The notes beneath the pieces were generated by a model. That model saw only the letters and a list, made by a program, of their open reading frames with translations. It made no database searches and was not told the DNA's origin. From a virus (taxonomy: Duplodnaviria > Caudoviricetes), in IMG/VR virus record IMGVR_UViG_3300021375_000035, positions 1-54,495 of that record: a stretch of 54,495 nt of DNA; one strand, given 5' to 3'. This document shows positions 9,399 to 18,100 of this stretch, piece by piece. The position numbers and the translations under genes were made by a program. Numbering within the stretch: the first letter of the stretch is position 1; each line of letters opens with the position of its first letter.

Positions 9399-12227
9399 TT
9401 ATACACCCATCTTTCCACTGTAAAATGGTACTGCATATTTCTTTAGTCCTCCACCTTTCTTACGTGTTATTTGCACATTAGAACCTGGATAACCTGGTAA
9501 ACCATTTGTCATTGCTTCATTTCTTCCAACAGTCAAATCAGAATTTAATGTTTGACCTGCACCAAGACTACCCCAAACTTTAAGAGCTTCTGTCATATCA
9601 AGTTCTTGATCAGGAAAATCTGCTTTTAGGTCTGTATAAAAATCTTTAAAATCATCTATTTTAGGTTTTTGTGAATCTTTATATAACTGTCTACCATTAT
9701 CTCCCCACTCTACTCTACCAGCTCTTTGTGGATTTATATCATAATAACTGTATAAATCATTTAAATTTGCTGTGTTAGCGGCATTAGTAATACCTGCATT
9801 ATATAATTCATTTGCTTTTGCTGTTTTCCAATTAGAAAAGTTTTGTGCATTTTGCAAACTTGTTATAGTATCATCGTATAGTTTAGTATCTTTAGCTGCA
9901 TTTCTAACATCAACTTGTAAATCTAATTGAGGTTGTAATGTAGCTACTTGATTCATAGTCCTAACATTATTAGTATTGACTTGATTAATAGCTTTAGCAT
10001 TTTGATCCATTGTTTTTCCAAATACATTGCTCCCTGCTAAAGCTTGTGGTCCATATGATGCTAATGAATCAGCCATAGTAGCTAATGATGCATTGTTAGC
10101 ATTAACTCTTCCTGTGTAATCATCTAATACATAATCAACCTTTTGCTCTTCTAAAGTAGGTGCCCAAGGTAAAAATAACTCATCTTCAATACCCATTAAT
10201 GTATTTAGGTTATTCTCATCTTGTTTCCACCATTCTGCTTTTGCTGGTTGTTCTTCCGGAATAGTTATCTCCAACTCTTCTTTTGGTTCTTCAGGAAGAT
10301 CCATAAACTGTTCATCTTGTGATGTAAAGTCTACATCTAACCTAGGTGTGTTAAAAGTATGAAATCCTAATGCTCCATCATATCCTTCTCCTTGTACATA
10401 ACCTTCATCTCCTGGTTTCTTAAAATGTGGTACATATGGTATACCTAACTGTTCAGCTTCTTTCTTTCTAGTTTCTTCTGCTAATACCTGGAACTCTTTC
10501 CATTGTGGGTCATTTGCAGGTTTGCTATAATCAAAACCTTCAATCTGTTCAGTAACATCTCCCCATCTATTCATAAAGTCTGCTTTCCCTTCTTCAGACT
10601 TAAGCTGTGAACTACCATATGCATATATACCTGAAGATGGATCTGCTGCTATACTAGGATCATATGTGCCATCAACTACTTGATTGCTATATATAGTACC
10701 TTGTTTTGTAGGTCTATTACCACCTGAATAAATCCCAGGTCTATATGATCCAATAGGAGAGTTTTCTAGTACTTCACCTTGTGCTTGGTTATCTGCTGAT
10801 ATAACAGATGTCTCACCTGTACCAACTCCTTCAATATCTTGCACAACTACTTTTTCTGCATCTTTAAATCTTGATTGGAAAGGTTTATACGCTCTAATTT
10901 GTTTTTTACCATTTACTTCAACTACAGTTAGTTCATATCCATCTTTTCTATATTGCTCAAGTTTATTATAGTTATCTGTACCTTCTTTATATGGATTTTT
11001 AGCTTCAGATAATTTACCTGAGTTTAAGTTTACATCTTCTTTAAGATCTTCATTTACATCTGTTACAGTTCCATTGTTAACCATCTCATCAGTTACTGTT
11101 ACTGTTTCTTCTGAGTTGCTTGGTGCTTCATATCCTACTCTATACTCTTCTGGAATGTCTCCTCCGTTATTAACTTTGTTTGCCATTCTTAAAGCTTCCA
11201 TCATACTTAACGTTCTGCCATCTTCAAATACCCATTCCTTACCATCCCACGTAGGATCTTGTGCATTTTCAGGCCATTGTTGACCTTTTCCTTTTGCAAA
11301 ATCAGATGCTTTTTCACCAGCCTTTTGATAGTTTGGTAAGTTACCTCCATATTTTGCAGTTGCCATCATAGCATTGTTTGCATCAGCTAATTCCATTTGT
11401 TCAAATGATCCTGGTGCTGGAGCTTGTTGTGGTGCTTGTTGTGGTTGTTCTTGAGCTTGTGCCATAAACTGTTGCAACATCATTAGTTGCTGTTGTTGTT
11501 CTGGCGGCAATGCTGCTATAGCTTCACGTTGTGCTTGTTGTTCTGTAATCTGTTCTACTTGTGATGTAAATTGTATAGGATCTTCACCTATAGAAATTAA
11601 ATAAGGATGTGCTGCTAATGGAACACCATCAGAAAAATTCTTTTTAGATTCTTGCATATAAGCTAACTTAGATAAATCATTCATGTTTTTCTTTAACATG
11701 AGCTCTGCACTTAATGAAGATATATTATCTGCATACTGTGAATCTAATTCACCATAATAATCATTTAATCCAAATCTTTTAGACAATTTAGCAGGTGTCT
11801 TTCTATCTCCTGCTATATCTAATTCAGCCATTTCTTCTTTACCAAACTTTAATTTTGGTGTATCTGAATAGATAAATGATTGTTCTGGTAAAAACATTGG
11901 TACTCCTCCTTTACTATGTCTAGGACCCGTAATATCATAAAGACCAAATGTCCCATCATTATTTAAATCTGTTAATACAGTTTCTCCACCTTCTGCTTCT
12001 ACATTAGCATTTTCTCTAGGTACACTTGAAAGACTATATCTTACATTTTCATCTTTAGTGTTATTAAAGTTTGTGTTTCCGTAATATTGTTGTGGAGTTG
12101 TAACCAAACCATAATCAGCTTGATCACCGGTTATCATGCCACCATCTTGCATAGCCTGAACTTCTTGAACTTTGCCGTCAACTAATTCAAAACCCTTTGG
12201 TAATTTATTTATCTTAATTCTTGCCAT
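9399..12227 (-). CDS. Virion cargo protein (942 aa) with EAEGGE...GPRHSKGGV domain
   Basis: NVEAEGGETV...ITGPRHSKGGVPMFLPEQSFIYSD resembles the E-x-E-GGE/H-x-x-GG domain recurrent in crAss-like cargo proteins. Q-rich linker, no Cys, GG-motif copies. Confidence 0.7.
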   Translation of the reverse strand: MARIKINKLPKGFELVDGKVQEVQAMQDGGMITGDQADYGLVTTPQQYYGNTNFNNTKDENVRYSLSSVPRENANVEAEGGETVLTDLNNDGTFGLYDITGPRHSKGGVPMFLPEQSFIYSDTPKLKFGKEEMAELDIAGDRKTPAKLSKRFGLNDYYGELDSQYADNISSLSAELMLKKNMNDLSKLAYMQESKKNFSDGVPLAAHPYLISIGEDPIQFTSQVEQITEQQAQREAIAALPPEQQQQLMMLQQFMAQAQEQPQQAPQQAPAPGSFEQMELADANNAMMATAKYGGNLPNYQKAGEKASDFAKGKGQQWPENAQDPTWDGKEWVFEDGRTLSMMEALRMANKVNNGGDIPEEYRVGYEAPSNSEETVTVTDEMVNNGTVTDVNEDLKEDVNLNSGKLSEAKNPYKEGTDNYNKLEQYRKDGYELTVVEVNGKKQIRAYKPFQSRFKDAEKVVVQDIEGVGTGETSVISADNQAQGEVLENSPIGSYRPGIYSGGNRPTKQGTIYSNQVVDGTYDPSIAADPSSGIYAYGSSQLKSEEGKADFMNRWGDVTEQIEGFDYSKPANDPQWKEFQVLAEETRKKEAEQLGIPYVPHFKKPGDEGYVQGEGYDGALGFHTFNTPRLDVDFTSQDEQFMDLPEEPKEELEITIPEEQPAKAEWWKQDENNLNTLMGIEDELFLPWAPTLEEQKVDYVLDDYTGRVNANNASLATMADSLASYGPQALAGSNVFGKTMDQNAKAINQVNTNNVRTMNQVATLQPQLDLQVDVRNAAKDTKLYDDTITSLQNAQNFSNWKTAKANELYNAGITNAANTANLNDLYSYYDINPQRAGRVEWGDNGRQLYKDSQKPKIDDFKDFYTDLKADFPDQELDMTEALKVWGSLGAGQTLNSDLTVGRNEAMTNGLPGYPGSNVQITRKKGGGLKKYAVPFYSGKMGV

Positions 12228-12229
12228 AG

Positions 12230-15085
12230 TTATAATAATTCAATATCAGCTCCCGCTGCAATTAGTTTAGCTAACATTGTTGAATCAACATTAACTGTCA
12301 TTTCTCCTCCTTGTTGTTTTAAACCAAATAATTCCATTAAACTTGCATCATTATTTGGTTGTTTAGATTTAAGTACCTCTACAACATTATCTCCTTTACC
12401 TTTGTAAAAATTTCTTAAAAAGTCATAGCTCTGACCATTACTAGCTGGGGGAGTAGAAAAGTATGGCATTTTATTTTTCATATTAACTATCCCACTATAA
12501 TTACCTGAACCATCATTATATAAATCATCAGCAATAAATGTAACTACATCTGCGTTGTTCATCATTCTAGCTCCCATTTTGTTATTTGATTGATTAACAA
12601 AAGCTGTATCTCTTGGAGTTATATTCATTTCTTCTAAGATCTTAAGTGCACGTTTGTTTCCAACACCTTTACTTTTAAACTCTTCTAAGTACTCTTCATA
12701 ATAAGGATGATTCTTACCTGTTTCTTGGCCATCTTGTGCTTTAGCCATTTCTCTTTTAATAACTCTATCTCTATTTGCAAGATATGCTTCTGCACCTTTA
12801 GCACCTCCATAAGCCATATTACTAAGTATATTATGCTGTGCTTCAGGAGGTAAAGCTTTAAATCCAGGATTGTTAACTCCTCCACCTTCTTTGCTTAAAT
12901 ATAAACCTGTAGTTCTATCACCTTCACTACCCATTATTCCAGAGTTTACATCAAACGTTCCTCTTTTATTAAAGGCATCTGTTTTGGTTCCATAGATATT
13001 ATCTGCCACTAAATTACCTCTTAGTTCATTTTTAGCATCTCTAATATTTTTATCTTCATACCAGTCATTTATTGAATCAGCTGCTTCAAATGCAAAATTA
13101 CTTAAACTACCAAATCCTCTTGCTACATTACTATTTATTAATCTATCTGTAAAACCATCCAGACCACCATAATCTTTAGTAACTTCTGGTCCTTGTATAT
13201 CTCCATATAAATCTGCAGCAGTACGTTGTTGTGCTGGTCCTACACCTGCATCTTCAGTAGCATCTGGAGTAACATCTGGTGCAGCATCAGAATTAAAACC
13301 ATCAACATAAGCTTGATATTGTTGTGGTGCATCAGCTGTGCCTCTAGTAACAGGATCTTGTTGTACCCATTCTTGAAAACTTAATGGGCCATCATCAGCA
13401 ACAACATCACTATCCATTGGATCTGCAAAAGGAGCTCCTGTTTCTGGTGCACTAAATTGTGCTTTATATAAATCACCACCTTGTTGCATAAAAGCTGTTG
13501 CAGCTGTAACATCTCCTGCCATTAATCTTGCAAATGACATAGGGTCATCTTTAATTTTTTGTTTAGCTTTTTTAGCTCTTTTTCCAAAACCAAACAATGC
13601 TTTAGGTATTTCTGATCCATAAGCTTGAACAGTTATTTGTTCATCAATCACTTCTTGATCATCATTTCCACTTCTCATCTTTTCTCTTATGGCATCATAT
13701 GTAGCTTTTGCTGCATCACTTAAACCATCCATATTAGAATTAAACCAATTACTAAAATCTTCTTCTGCTTGTTGAATTGGTGTATTAGTAATTTCTATAG
13801 TATTATTTCTATCTGGATCATCACCTGCATTTTCCTGTACTACTGGATTACCTAATGCATCTACTTCTGGATTCTCAATATCATATTGTTTTTTCCATGC
13901 TTGTATTGCTGCTTGATTTTCATCAGATAAATCTAACTTAACATTATAGTTAGCATTAAGCTCTTTATTTATTTTATTATTAATAGTTTTATTTTTCCAA
14001 TCACGGAATGAACCATCTTTTAAACCATCTCCATCTGTATCACCAGCAAACATATCTTGATATGCATTATTTAATACATTAGCTACTTTACCTAAACTAA
14101 AATTGTTTCCTGTTTTAAAAGCATTAGGATTAAAATAATTTTTAGTAGTTAAAATTCCTTCATCTGATGTCTCAGGTTTCTTACCTCCTATGTACTGATT
14201 ATCTTGATTTGTAAGTGTAACGTTTGCTGCATCAAAAAACTGCATCAGTTGATCTTGTTGGTTCTTCTGTTCTTCTGTTAATCCAACTTCTTCTTCACCA
14301 CCACCTTGCATGTATCCCATTGAAGGATATGCATTTGACCCATAAGCCATAGTACGTGGCATATCTATTTCAGAACCACTTTGAGCTTTTGGTGGTTCAT
14401 GACCATAACCTGCATCTTTAAGTCTTAAGTGAGTAGCTACATCATTAGCTTTTATTTTTCTATCCCCTTTATACATAAAGTGTGGTTTGAACTCTTCTTG
14501 TTCACCACCTTCTTCTTTTTTCCAACCAGCTGCATTCTTTGCAAAATTAGCCATCTTAACTACAGATGGTGGGTAAGCATCAGTATTAGCCATAACCTTG
14601 TTATATGCTTCCTTAACACTCATACCACGTGCTTTAGCCCATCTAGTAAACTTACCTTTGTTTTTTGGATCTATTTCAATTCCTGACTTAGCCATTTCCA
14701 TAGGTTGTGTAGCTACTGGACCTTGTTGATTTTGTGCAAGTTCTTCATTTCTAGCTAGTTCTTGTGGATTAGCATTAACCTGTGCTGCAGTTGCAGGCTT
14801 AGGTTGTTTCATTAATCTTACATTTTCAAACAACACAGTTATATCTTCTTCTTGATAACCTCCTGTCATTAAGGCTTCAGCAATAGTTCCTTGATCTATT
14901 TGCTGTTCCATTAGGCTCATAACAATCTCTTCTGGCTTACCTCCTTGTTCAAGTGAAGTAGAAAAGTATGTAAGAATCTCTTGCACAGCAGGATCCACCT
15001 GTTGTTGTTGAGGTTGAACCATCTGCTGCATCATTGCACCACCTTGTTGTTTTACACTTTTTTTGTTTAAATTCACTTTGCTCAT
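12230..15085 (-). CDS. Low-complexity modular virion cargo protein (951 aa)
   Basis: Q/E/D-rich, no Cys, about 12 GG/AQxG motifs separating mini-domains (IEIDPKNKGKFTRWAKARGMSV...NFAKNAAGWKK; FKPHFMY...HLRLKDAGYGHE; NPGFKALPPEAQ). Confidence 0.7.
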   Translation of the reverse strand: MSKVNLNKKSVKQQGGAMMQQMVQPQQQQVDPAVQEILTYFSTSLEQGGKPEEIVMSLMEQQIDQGTIAEALMTGGYQEEDITVLFENVRLMKQPKPATAAQVNANPQELARNEELAQNQQGPVATQPMEMAKSGIEIDPKNKGKFTRWAKARGMSVKEAYNKVMANTDAYPPSVVKMANFAKNAAGWKKEEGGEQEEFKPHFMYKGDRKIKANDVATHLRLKDAGYGHEPPKAQSGSEIDMPRTMAYGSNAYPSMGYMQGGGEEEVGLTEEQKNQQDQLMQFFDAANVTLTNQDNQYIGGKKPETSDEGILTTKNYFNPNAFKTGNNFSLGKVANVLNNAYQDMFAGDTDGDGLKDGSFRDWKNKTINNKINKELNANYNVKLDLSDENQAAIQAWKKQYDIENPEVDALGNPVVQENAGDDPDRNNTIEITNTPIQQAEEDFSNWFNSNMDGLSDAAKATYDAIREKMRSGNDDQEVIDEQITVQAYGSEIPKALFGFGKRAKKAKQKIKDDPMSFARLMAGDVTAATAFMQQGGDLYKAQFSAPETGAPFADPMDSDVVADDGPLSFQEWVQQDPVTRGTADAPQQYQAYVDGFNSDAAPDVTPDATEDAGVGPAQQRTAADLYGDIQGPEVTKDYGGLDGFTDRLINSNVARGFGSLSNFAFEAADSINDWYEDKNIRDAKNELRGNLVADNIYGTKTDAFNKRGTFDVNSGIMGSEGDRTTGLYLSKEGGGVNNPGFKALPPEAQHNILSNMAYGGAKGAEAYLANRDRVIKREMAKAQDGQETGKNHPYYEEYLEEFKSKGVGNKRALKILEEMNITPRDTAFVNQSNNKMGARMMNNADVVTFIADDLYNDGSGNYSGIVNMKNKMPYFSTPPASNGQSYDFLRNFYKGKGDNVVEVLKSKQPNNDASLMELFGLKQQGGEMTVNVDSTMLAKLIAAGADIELL

Positions 15086-15095
15086 ATTATATTAT

Positions 15096-15106
15096 TAATA
15101 TACAAA
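15096..15106 (-). promoter_or_regulatory. Putative phage late promoter TTTGTATATTA
   Basis: Identical 11-mer also at 33088-33098 and 40959-40969; all intergenic and upstream of minus-strand genes. Confidence 0.6.
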
Positions 15107-15136
15107 TAATTAAGGAGATTCACTAATCTTTATGGT

Positions 15137-18100
15137 TTAAGAATTATCAATAATCTTAGTCATGATATAATTAGCAGGAGACATACCAGCAGATTTAGCT
15201 TGCTTATAATGCTTTCTGTTAAGCCTATCATGTAAATTTTTTGCAAATACTTCTCTATTAGTTCCATCATAATCTCCCATTATATAATTTTTAAATACTC
15301 CATATTCACCACCCCTTGCCATAGTTGTTACTTGAAATGGATCACTCTCATTTAAATAAGCATAACTTACAGGGAATACATCCTCTATATAGTTATTTAC
15401 TTTTGATATATACTTTTCTCCTGGTTGTTCAAGACCTGTATTTAATGCTAGTGAATATGCTACATCTCCAACCGGCCCTAAATACTTATATTTTGTAGAA
15501 CTTATATCTGCCATAGATCCTTCATACAAATCTCTAAGTGCTGCTACTTCTTCTTCAGGTGTACGGTCATCATCTACTCTACCAGTATTTATAAGTCTAT
15601 TACTACCTTGATTATATGCTAATATTGACATGTTCCTAATGTCTTGTTCTGTTAAACCTAAAGAAGGATACTGTTGAGCGTAATCTTTAAATAACTCATA
15701 GTTCTTTGTAAGTATATAAGATATTGCATCAACAGATTTATTATCATCAGATAAATCTTCTGGGCCAGTAATATTAAAATATTCTCTGGCAAAATTATCT
15801 AATGCATCATATTTTGTTTTTCCAATACCTAAAGAAATTGAACTATCTTCTCTACCTTTTAAGTCATATGCAATACCTTGAAGTCCAAAATTTTCTCCTC
15901 TTGCTTCATCAACTGTACGTGGTGCTTGTGCTCCAACTCCTGACTCAACACCAGTAATACCAAAGGTTGCAGTCTTTAACCATTCAGGATCTACAGATGA
16001 ATTTAGTATTTCAGGTATTTTAGTTGAATTATATGTTGCTCTTTTTAAAATATTATTAACTATTTCTTTTCTTTCAGGACTCAATTGTGTTCCCCATTTT
16101 CTTTCTAAGTTTGGAATAGCCATTGGGTCTATACTAACATCTTCATCACTTACCTCATATGTAGATTTTATTTCTACATCTTCATTAGGTCTTCTAATCC
16201 ATGCAGTAGTTAATTCATTATAAGGTTGTTGTATAACCTTACCGTTTACATTATGTGTTATAATAGGTATACCATCTTCATTTATATCTGATACAAAACC
16301 ACTATGTGTATTAAACGTTTTAGATCCTAATGTTTCTGCATGATGACTAGAACCTTGCCAATATATACCAACTATATCACCTACTTGATAATCACTAGCT
16401 TTAGTTTGATTCTTCTTATTCTTTTTTACTTTATTAGTAATTAGTTTAAGTTCTTCAATTGGAGTATTTTCATCTATATTTTTAAATGCTACATCATCAT
16501 ATATATTAAATATTCTTTCACTATTTTCTGCACCTTCCATAGATTCATATAAATCCCAAGCATCTTTATATTTTACACCAATAGCTTCTGTAAGAATATC
16601 ATTTCTTTCTAGAATAGTACACATACCTGCAGCACATCTTGGCTCATCTAATCTGTTAGGAATATTATTAAATACTGTTGTATTAATATCTTCATCAAAA
16701 TTATCTGTATTATATGCATCTATTGCAGCTCTAGTTTGATCACCAAACTTACCGTCAACACTAGAACCTCTCCCATTTAATAATGTAGGGCTCATGTATC
16801 CTTCTTTTATTAATCTTTCTTGTATAGATTTTACTTCATCATATGTATCTTTAGAATACTTTTTATAATATCTTGATATAGCAGTAGGATCAAGGTTACT
16901 ATCATCTACCATTGCTCTATGAGCTGCATATGTTCTATTGCCATAAATACCATCTGCACCTGTTCTGCCTATATCATATCCTTTAGCTACTAATATGTTT
17001 TGTAAATCTTGTATTTGATATTCATCTGCTTCAGCCATATCTTTCCATCCTTCTGCATAGTAATTAGATTTTTTAATAAAATCTGCTATTAATACTGGAT
17101 CTTGATATTCTACTGATAATTCTTGCATTATGTCTTGATCTTGTTGTGATGCCAATAAAATGTTTTCTATTTGTTCCTCAGTTAAATTTGGATTTTCACT
17201 AATTGCATCTAAAACATATTTAGGTATTCCTCTTTTAGTTGAATCTACATAAGTGTTATCTTGTTGTACTATAAAGTTTGTAGGATCATAATCTTCATAG
17301 TTTCCAAAAGGATTTTGAAATATAGCTGTTGCGTCTCTTGGATCATCTTCTAAAATAGGTAAAGTCTGTAAAGGCAACCTTGGTGCCCTAGGTAATGCTA
17401 CTCTAGTATTATCTTGTTGAACTACATTCACTTCTCTATTACCATTCTGACCTTTTGGTAATGAGCCACCAGCTTTATAAAACTTTCTACTTGTCTCTAA
17501 ATATTGTACTGGTGTTTTATTTTCTAAAGGTTTACCATCTTTACCTTTTGTTCTTTGATCTCCAAACAAATGTGGGTAAACTTCCTCTAAACCTTTACCA
17601 TCTCTAATTACTTCTCCAAAGTATTTTCTAGCTCCTTGTCTACCTAAAAAATTAGATAGGTTAATAATATCTTCATATGAGTAATCCCAGTTATCTCCTA
17701 GTTGGTCTTTATACTCTATAGTAAGATCATATGCATCTTTTACTAATGGTGTTACAATTGTTTGACCATTCTCATCTACAAAACCTTCATACAATCTTTT
17801 TGTAAATATATCATCTTGAGCTTTTAAATCTTTTATAAACTCATCTCTAGTTCCGTCATATAAACCTAACTTATCTAATTCAGAAAATCTTTGACCATAT
17901 AACCCAGAAGCAGTTGATTGTTTATTTTTCATTAATTTACCACCTAAGCTTTCTGCTTGAGCTACAGATTTTTTTACACCATCTAAATTTATTTCAATAT
18001 CTCTCCAACTGCCACCATCTTGAAAACTACCTCCAAGTCTTTTATAGAAGTCAGTTAGATTTTGCATAATACTTTCTGAATTGCCTATCATAGTATTATA

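Noticed and set aside
12685-12885. Nested 66-aa minus-strand ORF
   Set aside because: Out-of-frame overlap inside the 951-aa gene with no motif or initiation signal.
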